The translations under genes and the position numbers were made by a program. Below, piece by piece: positions 56,501-64,000 of a stretch of 64,000 nt of DNA. This DNA is from Thermoanaerobaculia bacterium (GTDB lineage Bacteria > Acidobacteriota > Thermoanaerobaculia > Multivoradales > J023), in the NCBI GenBank assembly GCA_030431255.1, contig JAUIJL010000034.1, positions 5,909 through 69,908 of the forward strand, written 5' to 3'. Under the pieces are notes generated by a model, which saw only the letters and a program-made list of their open reading frames with translations, was not told the DNA's origin and did no database searches. Every line of letters starts with the position of its first letter. Position 1 is the stretch's first letter.

Positions 56501-59500
56501 GGTCGTCGGCAGCCAGTGCAAGTCTGGCGGCAAGAAGACGGTACTCGGCGAGATCGGAATAGAAGCGTCGACCGGATCCCTCAGCCAACTCGTCCGAGAT
56601 GAGTTGCTCGGCAACGTCGCGCCGATCTGGATTCGCACCTGCCACCGCCAGATGCAGGACCAAACGCGGAGGAACCGGCCCGCCGCCCTCTCCACTCAAG
56701 GTGGTCGTAATCGACTTGCTGACCTTCTTCAAAATAAGCAAACCTTCAGACCATTGCTCATCATCGAGCATATTTAAGGCATGTCTCAGACTTTCTTCAA
56801 TAACAGGCTCGAGTGAGTACAGGTCGCAGGCTCGGGGATCTCCTGCGAAAGGTCTGAGATCGTCGGTCAGCAGCCGAATCGCTTCCAAGGCATGAAAGCC
56901 TTGACTGTGCAACGTTGCGGTATCGACCCTGGAGAGCGCTATGGCGAAACGAAGCCAACATCGATACCAACCATCGCCTCCGCTGACCACGGCTTCAGCG
57001 GCGTTGAGTCCAACTGGATCTCTTCGGGCTGCCAGAGTGCAGGCATCCAACCAGGCGTTGACTTGTTCTGGCCGAACGAGTCTCTCCTCGACTTCGCGCG
57101 TGAGACCGATCAGCCGTTCTCGACTAGTCGCAATATCTGTTTTCGTGAAAACCGCCAAATCGACACCAAACGCCAAAGCACGACGGCGCGCCCCAAGCGG
57201 TAGGCCGTGAGCTACCGCAGCCTCAGCCCATTGACGTGGCGAGCTCCCATGTGGATCCAAGCCCGGTCGAGCTTCAAGCTCATGCGCCATCGCCAGATAC
57301 GCACTGGAAGGCTCTTGAAAAGCTTCGGCTAGGCGCACCACATCTTCCCAACCATGCGTATCGAGCACTGCGCGCACGACTTCTTTCATGGGTAACCCGC
57401 GATCTTCAATCCATTGCGCGAGCCCATTCAGATTGACGGTCTTATCGGTTTGAGGTGGTCCTTGATCACCGGAGCCGGGCGGCTCTGCAGATTGTATTTT
57501 TGACGCTAAGCGTAGCCAGCCGCGCAACCGGACTAGGGCTAATTTGAGATCGGATTCTTCTCCATAGGATGTATTGTCGCTGTCTAGCTCTCGCAGATAA
57601 CCGTCCAAATAAAGCTGCCAAGGGGCGACTGCGCCGAGTTTGTCCAAGGTCGCGCACAACTGCAAACCTTCCCTTGCAGGCATCACCAAACGGTCGCCAT
57701 TGAGTAAACGCGCAGCCAGTGTATCTGCACCGATGAGAGTTGCCGGGACATCGGCAAAATCCACCAATGTGGAGTCGAAGCGCTCCACATGGAAAGAATC
57801 CGCCGACCGGGACAGCTCAACATATCGAACAACAACTGGCCATTGCTCCAGCCGAGCCGCAGCGCGAACCGCAATCCCGAGGTTTCTTTTGATTTCAGAT
57901 GTGGGGAAACTTCCCGCAGCGGCTTTGACCACGAAATCGCCGTCGACCAGATCCAAGACCCGGCCGTTTTCACCGACTTCGGCAAGGAGCTGCAAAAGAG
58001 AGCGGAAAGCACGAGAGTCGGCGAAGAGACCTTTCTTCTCAAGCCAACTCGTAACTTTTTCTATGAGAGCTGCAAGAGCCGTGGGGTTGTCTTGGAACGG
58101 TGTCCTCAGATATCGGGCAAAAGACTCGTGGTAGACGCGTATGCCGCCTTGCGTCGCCTGTTCGAGTAGCACAGGCTTGAGATGCTCGATCGCGGTATTG
58201 ACCCGATGAGCAGCATCAGGCCTGATCTCGCACAGCTCAGCTCTGCTGACCGGAAAGTCGACAAGCGCTATAACGTCGGCAACCCACATTGCTTCAGATC
58301 CGAGAGATCGATAAAGATATTCGTAGTAGCTGGTGAGTGTCCCATCGAAAGAAGGGAGCTGGAGAACCATCTTCGCGGGATCGGGAGAGACGTCGATAGA
58401 TCGAAGGACTTCCTGGCACAAGTAGGTTGCATATAGCGCATTGCCGCCTGAGCGCTCGGCTAAGGCAGCCAAGAATTTGCTTCCTGCTTCCGAGTCTTCA
58501 ATCCGAGGAGAGCCCTTCCCCTCAACGTCCGCCTCGCTATCTGGAATAAGCTCAAGACGGCTGGCGAGCAAGCTCAGCTCGTTCCGGGAAAGCCCTTCAA
58601 GCGTCAGTAATTCGGCCCCGGCATCATTAAGCGGATTGAGATGGGCACCGGGCTGGCTGAGAACAATCACCACCGTCCCGAGAGGCAGGTCAAGCGATGC
58701 CAATGCCTCCGACATACTCCTTGAAGGATCGAACGAGCTGTTCCCCGAAGAACGGCGGACGCGCGTGATGTGATCAACCCCGTCGATCACGAGCGCAATT
58801 CGTCGGTCCGGCTCTAGATCACGGGAAAACTGAAGACAATTAACCAAGGCATCTTCATCGGCGGCAAAACGAGGGCGTTGATCCTGAACGAGCCGGAGAT
58901 CCGCGTCTGCGAGTCGAGCAACAAGACTCCCGAAGACTGCTTCCACCAAGACCCGTTCAAGGCGCTCACCGTCCGCATCTCCGAGATAGCAGTAGTGCTC
59001 AGCGATCAGCCACCCCTTATCGGACATTTCTTCTAGGATCTGCTGACAGATCCACGATTTACCATGCCCGGGAGGCCCTTGAACAAGTAGAAAGCCCCCT
59101 TCGGCAGCGCGTTTCTCCGCTGCGATCAGGAATTGTTGAACAGCACGTGGACGCCGGACCTCGAGACTCGAATCAACGGGATGCGAACGGGACACTGCTC
59201 CGAAGTCGCTTCTAAGCTTTGTTCTGCGCAGAAGCTCCTTTGGAGTTGGCTTGAGCAATTGCTGGCGTGCGGCTCGAGCCGCTGAAATCAACGCTGCTGC
59301 GACATCAATCGCTTGGCGGCTTTCGTTTGGAAAGCTCTCCGCACCAATTTCGGAGCGGGCGCGAGTCAACAGGATCTTCTCTGCTATTCCAGGATCAGTG
59401 AGGTCGAAGCTCGCTCGCGGAGCATCGACTTCAATCACAAGCCGATCACAACACCATCTGAGGTCGTTTTGGGAAAGAGGCGTGTTGCCAGTGAATAGGA

Positions 59501-60038
59501 ACCTGAACGAGGACTCCTCGTCTTGGTTCCGGCCATCCTGCTGCTGCAGTTTTGCTGCATCGAATCCGAATCTAGCAGTCTGGATTACTTGAAGGTAGGA
59601 GCCGGGATCTAGCTTTTTGGGCTGTAACACCTCCACTAATTTCGGGTCGGTCGCGGCCCTGTCCCGAAGCACAACTCGAAAGACTACGTCCTTAGCATGG
59701 CTTCCTGGTCCGTCTCGGTCGGCCAGCATCGATCGGAAGAGTTTGTCCAGCCGGAGGTCACGCTTGTCATTTGTAAACGTACCGAGGGTAAGCGGCCGAT
59801 CGTCGTTGTCGGTGTGTTTGAATTGGCAGCGCTCTCGTTTTCCGTCGAAGCTTGTTGTTGTCAGGTCGTCGAAACGATCATCGGGAAAGAGCTTCTCGTC
59901 ACAGTGGGCTTCGACCACATTTCCCAGAAGGATGTCTACGAATCGGCACGCGACAAGGAGATCCTGGAATTCATAACCGCGATGAGCGGGGACCAATCCC
60001 GATAGATTTGAAGTCGTTTTTGCAGTCTTGGTGGCCAC
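53595..60038 (-). CDS. giant (2147 aa) NACHT/STAND-type NTPase with nuclease-like N-terminal domain and ~1500-aa alpha-helical repeat region; candidate Avs-like antiviral protein
   Basis: GTG start 60038 with a weak RBS. Walker A GPPGHGKS is encoded at 59055-59078 and Walker B-like IALVIDGVDH lies about 100 aa later. The N-terminal 300 aa (GYEFQDLLVA...DEK..DD..DD...QFKH) resembles Cap4/DUF4297-type PD-(D/E)xK effector domains. Local GC is about 45-56% versus ~67% for neighbours. Confidence 0.7.
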   Translation of the reverse strand: MATKTAKTTSNLSGLVPAHRGYEFQDLLVACRFVDILLGNVVEAHCDEKLFPDDRFDDLTTTSFDGKRERCQFKHTDNDDRPLTLGTFTNDKRDLRLDKLFRSMLADRDGPGSHAKDVVFRVVLRDRAATDPKLVEVLQPKKLDPGSYLQVIQTARFGFDAAKLQQQDGRNQDEESSFRFLFTGNTPLSQNDLRWCCDRLVIEVDAPRASFDLTDPGIAEKILLTRARSEIGAESFPNESRQAIDVAAALISAARAARQQLLKPTPKELLRRTKLRSDFGAVSRSHPVDSSLEVRRPRAVQQFLIAAEKRAAEGGFLLVQGPPGHGKSWICQQILEEMSDKGWLIAEHYCYLGDADGERLERVLVEAVFGSLVARLADADLRLVQDQRPRFAADEDALVNCLQFSRDLEPDRRIALVIDGVDHITRVRRSSGNSSFDPSRSMSEALASLDLPLGTVVIVLSQPGAHLNPLNDAGAELLTLEGLSRNELSLLASRLELIPDSEADVEGKGSPRIEDSEAGSKFLAALAERSGGNALYATYLCQEVLRSIDVSPDPAKMVLQLPSFDGTLTSYYEYLYRSLGSEAMWVADVIALVDFPVSRAELCEIRPDAAHRVNTAIEHLKPVLLEQATQGGIRVYHESFARYLRTPFQDNPTALAALIEKVTSWLEKKGLFADSRAFRSLLQLLAEVGENGRVLDLVDGDFVVKAAAGSFPTSEIKRNLGIAVRAAARLEQWPVVVRYVELSRSADSFHVERFDSTLVDFADVPATLIGADTLAARLLNGDRLVMPAREGLQLCATLDKLGAVAPWQLYLDGYLRELDSDNTSYGEESDLKLALVRLRGWLRLASKIQSAEPPGSGDQGPPQTDKTVNLNGLAQWIEDRGLPMKEVVRAVLDTHGWEDVVRLAEAFQEPSSAYLAMAHELEARPGLDPHGSSPRQWAEAAVAHGLPLGARRRALAFGVDLAVFTKTDIATSRERLIGLTREVEERLVRPEQVNAWLDACTLAARRDPVGLNAAEAVVSGGDGWYRCWLRFAIALSRVDTATLHSQGFHALEAIRLLTDDLRPFAGDPRACDLYSLEPVIEESLRHALNMLDDEQWSEGLLILKKVSKSITTTLSGEGGGPVPPRLVLHLAVAGANPDRRDVAEQLISDELAEGSGRRFYSDLAEYRLLAARLALAADDRQEAERLWQESCALLAGYGRHKDITIFELLDPLPNLIVKDRAKACLRVARVQALCERVLRHTNRKETGHAIPRWWSLLAKADPKALAHLVVPTLLRECNDPNSVLNEALEDVWREWFRDADPMVAGVLRLTLDTPLDPSDPKQLERLAEADGPEGRQLLTLLLARIDERSVSYPYSNSDKLLEKDNQHVKNLNSIAEKLDLPSISAVRSKTASKESDDGESYSRARAGTTKLEVNPVVNFPIGSAGLAQAIRAWRSRPYDVASPEWETERFANAIGYRLVELLAENRFDDARSALWSLADASAGLGERVNILRSIAEGLQRHGEVKLAAIAFSLTWTRTRGHEGWLAFGGETEIEALNQAMDLDAGTAGALVAEEIELRVSSSRFGTYGISQAIIHALVVGALSTDDETHSDLAFSAWDEAFDVINSRAPRVADSDDPAIPYEPPLAGVATPMPNTLEEAFALAAIAGIAHAGREKKRRAFLATHLLLKERPAVCERVLPAVLDQISDPATLSWLLSLLESSGSSAASVIEACQDVLRELSSRDHLTVRALARRMITGEPPPLVAPTSPDKALLREPSQVLWTPEPANGDDDNSPAPELLLKSVAVRAQRAESMLEGLYEAVCTRAVNARKNDYLQKRLQQQLRNLGDQALMRCPDAFLTHEQTLEEILQTVAAGGRAAKLVAGELVTDPAQWEDYLASALLDDPIVPLLLEARRVPRPFLQPPPGLGDELWKRIQEWISGDTSHNIEAASSTEGRLFATLTLAPISELPTVTSGPYRNWYWLGTFERRRSKPRDWRSKNILDSTRFQILEVRNLNDRQALTLPPVTRGDIRWWRAEINQAAGGRPFGSSQPLLGIDTELEMVGDGRLGLGVPDSLLSPTAPLLAPLGLSPGDPFVYEDDSGPALALVTWRAEYDVSDRYLAWPRTFGCGVVMRPDLLAALVEIAGEERLVRRDFVEGDVGLIGSTEA

Positions 60039-60119
60039 TCGATGTTGTCCAATTCAGAAAGTTTCTATCAATCTCGATTGGCTTTACATCACTCAGGATG
60101 TTCCAGATGCTGGCTAGAT

Positions 60120-60500
60120 CTACCAGGAAGTTTCCTCGAACGGATTGAAGACCAACGCACCCGTTTCTTTGACGTCTTCGACGTTGCGGGTCACAAGGGT
60201 TAGATTGTGGACCTCAGCGGTCGCTGCCAGTAAGGTGTCGATGATGGGCAAGGAGCGGCCGGAGCTCATTCGACCTCAAGCCTCTGCCACGTATTGATCT
60301 ACCGGGAGTATGGACCCTTCGAAGGCGGTGAGGAGGTCGGATAGCCAGCCCTCGAGTTGTTCGGCCCTGCGCGGATCTCGGGATTTCGCCTTTTCGATCC
60401 CTTTGCGTATCTCTCCAATCACAAGTGAACTCAGAAAAAGGTCTTGATCCTCTACTAGTCGAAACCACTCGCCGACCTCTGGGTGACTTCGCGGCCCGGG
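60120..60500 (-). pseudogene. vapC: vapC/fitB-like PIN-domain toxin gene, disrupted (frameshifting indel near 5' end plus in-frame TGG->TGA)
   Basis: My own translation of the minus strand: ...EVGEWFRLVEDQDLFLSSLVIGEIRKGIEKAKSRDPRRAEQLEGWLSDLLTAFEGSILPVDQYVAEA*GRMSSGRSLPIIDTLLAATAEVHNLTLVTRNVEDVKETGALVFNPFEETSW*. This is colinear with FitB/VapC. The TGA at 60276-60278 sits where VapC has a conserved Trp. Upstream, the reading frame shifts by one relative to the N-terminal-like segment. Confidence 0.5.
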
Positions 60501-60751
60501 TTGCGGTGGAGGTCGATTTCTTGAGGAGTTGCTTGCAGCACTGCCTTCTTGCTGATGCCGGGGCTTGGATTTAGCAGATCTCTGAGCTCTGCCCGAACCT
60601 TAGTAGCGAGGTCCGTTTGCCCGCGAAGAGTTCGAGCCAGCTCTTGGACGAGCGGGCGATCCTGTGTCGAGGTCAGCACCTCTAAGGGTACGAGGTCCGG
60701 TGCTTCAAGGTGGGGCTGATTGTCAGAGGTGCTTTTTCGCGGCGATGTCAT
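60455..60751 (-). CDS. small ORF with strong RBS; N-terminal ~65 aa possible antitoxin, C-terminal ~30 aa look like the displaced N-terminus of the PIN toxin
   Basis: ATG 60751 is preceded by GGAGGAGGA. Its C-terminus (...AVLQATPQEIDLHRNPGREV) parallels the VapC N-terminal region (LLDTNVISEPLRPQPNERVV) in a different frame from the rest of the PIN remnant. Confidence 0.4.
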   Translation of the reverse strand: MTSPRKSTSDNQPHLEAPDLVPLEVLTSTQDRPLVQELARTLRGQTDLATKVRAELRDLLNPSPGISKKAVLQATPQEIDLHRNPGREVTQRSASGFD

Positions 60752-60848
60752 CTCGGATCCTCCTCCGACAATTATACCCGGTCGGGTCCGGAGAGCCCGG
60801 GCGGTTCGTAGGACCAGACGAGGTGCCAGGCATCTATTCGATGGCTGA

Positions 60849-63116
60849 CTACGGCAGCTCGACGGCGACCACTGAGCCGTTGCGATCCACGGTGACGACT
60901 AGCTGCCTGCCGTTTCGGTCGATGCCGATGGGGCTGCCGATGATCGGGCCGGACATGTGGAGGCGCCAGAGCTCTTCGCCGTTGACTGCGTTGACCGCGT
61001 GCAGGGATTGGTTTTGGCTGCCGGTGTAGACGATGCCGTCGTAGGCTTCGGGGGCGCCGGTGCAGCGGTGGCCGATGCTCAGGCGCCAGGCTTCCGCGCC
61101 GGTTAAGGCGTCTACCGAAGACAGGTTGCCGTCGTCGCCGCAGAGGAAGACCGCGCCGAAGTGGGTGGTTGGGTTGAGGCGGAATCCGGCGCCGATGGAG
61201 GACGTCCACCGATTGCCGCCGACGGCGGGCTCGAAGGCGTAGGCTTTTCCGCCGGCGTCGGCGGCGTAGACGGTGTCGTTTTCGAAGTGGAGCCCGGCGG
61301 CCACGGCGGCTGAGGTTTCCATGGACCACAGCTCGCGGCCGGTGGCGGTGTCGAGGGCGAAGACTCGCGCGGCGGTGGTGCCGAAGAAGACGACTCCGTC
61401 GCCCACGGCGGGTGCGCCGGTGATCGGACCGCCGAGGGAGCGGACCCACAGCCGGGTTCCGCTGGCCGGGTCGAACGCGGCCGCGCGGCCGTCGGCGGTG
61501 CCGACGAAGAGGTGCTCCGCCAGGGCGAGCGATTGCGCTTTGAGCCGATTCGGGGCTCCGGATTTGGGGGCTCCCCACAGCTCGGCGCCGTTGTCGAGGG
61601 CGAAGGCCTGGAGATCACCGCCGGCGATGACCACCACCAGATTGAGCTCTTGGGATGCCACTGGCCGATGTCGGGGTGACCGCTGACCGGAAGCAAGTTT
61701 CTTCGTCCAAAGGGTCTCGCCACTGCCCACGTCTAGGCATGAAAGCCGGCTCTGATGGTGTAGGAGGATCCGATCTCCATCCACGGTAGGTGGAGCGAGA
61801 GCGGCTCCCAGCGCTCGACTCCAGCGGATCTGTGGAGTGCCGTCGAAGAAGGTGGGGCCGACCCTGATTTCCGGTCGGCGCTCGATGGGTGGTATCGGCT
61901 CGAAGGCTGAAGATGGCAGGGTGACGCCGTAGAGGGCGCCGTCGACGCCGCCGAAAAGGACCCGATTGCCGTGGATCGGATGACCGTAGACCGAGAGCGC
62001 TCCGGTGATGAAGGCGTCGGTCTCGAACCGCCACCGCTCCACACCTTGATTCAGGTCGTAGGCGCTCAGCAGATGCTCACCGCTGCCGACCAGCACCAGG
62101 TCGTCAAAGCCCCTTGGGCCGGATCGGAAGGACCCTTCCAGCGGCCGTCGCCACAGCTCCCGGCCTTCGAGGTCGAAGGCAAAAAGGGTGTCTCCCCCGG
62201 CGACTAAAACCCGCGGCCCTTCCCCTTGACGACGGACGATTTCCGGCGCGGCGGAGACGAACTCATGGGTCAGGGCTCGCCACTTCTCTTGGCCGGTGTG
62301 GGCGTCGAGGCACCACAAGAAACCGTTGCCCACCAACAAGAGGTCCGAGCCCACCAGCTTGGGGGCGGAGCGTGTGTCGAGGCTCAGCTCGGCCAGCCAT
62401 CGCGGGGCGCCATCGGCGGCCTGAAGGGCGCGCACATGGCCTCCTTGGGTCACCAGGAAGGCTCGTTTCGGGCCCAAGACGGCGGCTCGCACGCCGGCAT
62501 CGTCCGCCGGCAGCTCGTAGGCCCAACGCATGGATCCACTGGCCGGATCGCGGGCTACTAGCCGACGCTGGGAGCCGCCGTGAATCAGGCGCTGGTCGTC
62601 GGCTGCCCAGGCCTCGGTGGCTTTGGGGTCCAGCTTTTGGGTCCAGCGTTGCTCTCCGGTGTCGGCGACTAAGGCGTAGAGCCAGCCCAGCTCATCGACC
62701 ACCAACACCAGGTCCCGGGACAGCATCGGCGCTTGACGCACGCGACCCTTGGCGCGGGCAGTCCACCGCTTGGTGCCGTCCCTGGAGTCGAGGGCGTAGA
62801 TCTGACGATCATCGCTGCCGAAAATGAGGGGGCCCGCTTCCGGCGCCACCGGATTCGACCACACCTCGCCCCCGGTGCGCGCGCGCCAGAATTCCTCCGC
62901 TTTGTCGGGAGCTGGTACCGACTCGCCCTGACCGGCTTCGGCGACCTGCCACGGACGGGTTGGAATCACCCGCCGGATCGAGTCTTCCGTCGGCTCCGGA
63001 CGGCCACATCCAAAGCCTGCCGAGAGGAGGGTGGCTAACGACCCGAAAAGCAGCCACCGACGGAACGGAGACTGGCTCCACCGGATCGGGTTTGCGGCGC
63101 GGGCGAGCGGTGACAT
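60849..63116 (-). CDS. secreted PQQ-like beta-propeller repeat protein (BamB-like repeats)
   Basis: 755 aa with a signal peptide. It has more than 12 repeats of the pattern ...G.VYAL(D)A.TG...W, for example QIYALDSRDGTKRWTA, RVFALDTATGRELWSM and SLHAVNAVNGEELWRL. Confidence 0.8.
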   Translation of the reverse strand: MSPLARAANPIRWSQSPFRRWLLFGSLATLLSAGFGCGRPEPTEDSIRRVIPTRPWQVAEAGQGESVPAPDKAEEFWRARTGGEVWSNPVAPEAGPLIFGSDDRQIYALDSRDGTKRWTARAKGRVRQAPMLSRDLVLVVDELGWLYALVADTGEQRWTQKLDPKATEAWAADDQRLIHGGSQRRLVARDPASGSMRWAYELPADDAGVRAAVLGPKRAFLVTQGGHVRALQAADGAPRWLAELSLDTRSAPKLVGSDLLLVGNGFLWCLDAHTGQEKWRALTHEFVSAAPEIVRRQGEGPRVLVAGGDTLFAFDLEGRELWRRPLEGSFRSGPRGFDDLVLVGSGEHLLSAYDLNQGVERWRFETDAFITGALSVYGHPIHGNRVLFGGVDGALYGVTLPSSAFEPIPPIERRPEIRVGPTFFDGTPQIRWSRALGAALAPPTVDGDRILLHHQSRLSCLDVGSGETLWTKKLASGQRSPRHRPVASQELNLVVVIAGGDLQAFALDNGAELWGAPKSGAPNRLKAQSLALAEHLFVGTADGRAAAFDPASGTRLWVRSLGGPITGAPAVGDGVVFFGTTAARVFALDTATGRELWSMETSAAVAAGLHFENDTVYAADAGGKAYAFEPAVGGNRWTSSIGAGFRLNPTTHFGAVFLCGDDGNLSSVDALTGAEAWRLSIGHRCTGAPEAYDGIVYTGSQNQSLHAVNAVNGEELWRLHMSGPIIGSPIGIDRNGRQLVVTVDRNGSVVAVELP

Positions 63117-63159
63117 CAGGAGCGATTACGAAAGTAGTGGTTGCGGCTCGGGTGGCGAT

Positions 63160-64000
63160 TCAGCGGACCTGATCCCACGCCAACACGGCTCGTACCTCGA
63201 CCTTCTTGCGTCCGGGGACTTGAATCTCCACATCCCGTGCGGACAGGTCGTCGACTGGTCGGTCCGTGTAGTAGGTGAGCAAATACTGGCTGCGCAGCTC
63301 GTCGGAAATTTGCTGAAACGCCCGGTCGAGACCGCCCCGGGCGCCGGTCCTCAACAATCGGCCACCGGTGGGATCCGTCAGAAGCTTGAGGGAGTGGATC
63401 GGTGCCTCATTTTGAATGCCGGCCCGGCCGCGGGACACATCCCGTTGCACCATGGCCACCACATAAACCGGGATGCCCAGCTGCTCGCCGAATTTCACCA
63501 CCTGATCGGGATCGCTGTGACTGCCGTAGTCCATGCCGTCGGTCAGCACCACCAAAGCTCGGCGACCCGGCTCGTTGCCGAATTGCAGCATGGAAAAAAC
63601 GATCGAGTCGTAGAGGGCGGTGATGCCTTCGGGTTTCACGTCCTCCATGGCTCGGTCGATGTCCATGGGGTCGTCGGTCCAACCTGCGGCTAGCTGGACC
63701 TGGTCCGAGAAGGTGGTCAGGAAGGCCCGATCCTTTGGACCCATGAGGGAGCCCAGGAACGATTGGACCGCCCCGCGCGTGGCCATCCAAAGGCGATCCA
63801 TGCTTTGGGAGGAGTCGACCACCAGGCCCAACGTCAGGGCGACATCGTCGGCGGGCTGTAAGCTGTCGACCGAGCGGTCCACGCCTTTTTCGACCAGCTT
63901 GAATTCTTCCTTCTTCATGCCCCGGATGGGCGGCCCGTTCTTGCGGTTGACCAGGACTTGGAGCTGGATCAGGAACGTTTCCCCGCGCTCGACGTTCTGC
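63160..64000 (-). CDS. VWA-domain protein with 'VWFA-related acidobacterial' domain, N-terminus beyond window end
   Basis: The frame stays open to the window edge. My own translation of the last 100 nt gives ...QNVERGETFLIQLQVLVNRKNGPPIRGMKKEEFK, the family N-terminal signature. It has the VWA MIDAS DSSQSM and TDG, and ends ...LRSQYLLTYY... like its paralogs. Confidence 0.75.
   Translation of the reverse strand, partial: QNVERGETFLIQLQVLVNRKNGPPIRGMKKEEFKLVEKGVDRSVDSLQPADDVALTLGLVVDSSQSMDRLWMATRGAVQSFLGSLMGPKDRAFLTTFSDQVQLAAGWTDDPMDIDRAMEDVKPEGITALYDSIVFSMLQFGNEPGRRALVVLTDGMDYGSHSDPDQVVKFGEQLGIPVYVVAMVQRDVSRGRAGIQNEAPIHSLKLLTDPTGGRLLRTGARGGLDRAFQQISDELRSQYLLTYYTDRPVDDLSARDVEIQVPGRKKVEVRAVLAWDQVR

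Larger units (their letters stand above)
53575..60800. other. ~7.2-kb low-GC genomic island (giant STAND gene + degraded toxin-antitoxin module)
   Basis: GC estimated by hand on several 60-nt lines (45-56%) versus more than 65% in the flanking sulfatase and PQQ genes. No integrase, tRNA or flanking direct repeat was recognisable. Confidence 0.5.

Noticed and set aside
53570-60850. Flanking direct repeats, integrase or tRNA integration site for the low-GC island
   Set aside because: Only a 7-bp ATTCGAT match occurs near both ends, which is too short to be meaningful. No integrase-like ORF is present and the tRNA-Val genes are 12 kb away.
60772-61723. 268-aa and 203-aa Arg/Pro-rich minus-strand ORFs
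   Set aside because: Alternative frames of the PQQ beta-propeller gene, whose own frame shows clear repeat motifs.

Overview
High-GC (~65-68%) bacterial chromosomal segment, most likely from an Acidobacteria-type genome. Evidence for the lineage: four paralogous proteins carrying the 'VWFA-related acidobacterial domain' N-terminal signature (FGGEVEV..V.V.V.D..G.P..GL..DDFEL, then a VWA domain); an ADOP-type duplicated orphan FtsX permease; and a 1503-aa protein built of CarbopepD_reg repeats. Housekeeping genes recognised: argF, pepQ, moaA, arsC, thrS-rpmI-rplT (no infC), two tandem tRNA-Val, a zapB-like gene and zapA followed by a candidate 6S RNA, rny-ymdB, a DAACS symporter and aroC. The envelope and secretion gene set comprises an RND MFP plus pump pair, three sulfatase/LTA-synthase-like proteins, two GT-C-like membrane proteins, TPR/VWA surface proteins and a PQQ beta-propeller protein. 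Two lower-GC insertions stand out. (i) 26979-29024 holds an AAA/ABC-type ATPase plus a DUF4276 (Toprim-like) two-gene module that resembles split OLD-family defence nucleases. (ii) 53575-60800 is a ~7.2 kb ~50% GC island carrying a single 2147-aa NACHT/STAND-type NTPase with a nuclease-like N-terminal domain, next to a decayed vapC (PIN) toxin gene. The island is a candidate undescribed single-gene antiviral STAND (Avs-like) system. Regulatory and repeat features found: a MarR gene bracketed by two identical 12-bp palindromes, tandem 32-bp repeats, a 21-bp inverted-repeat pair inside the annotated 5' end of the large surface-protein gene, two intrinsic terminators and a tRNA promoter. All calls come from reading the six-frame translations and the raw sequence only; no database searches were run.
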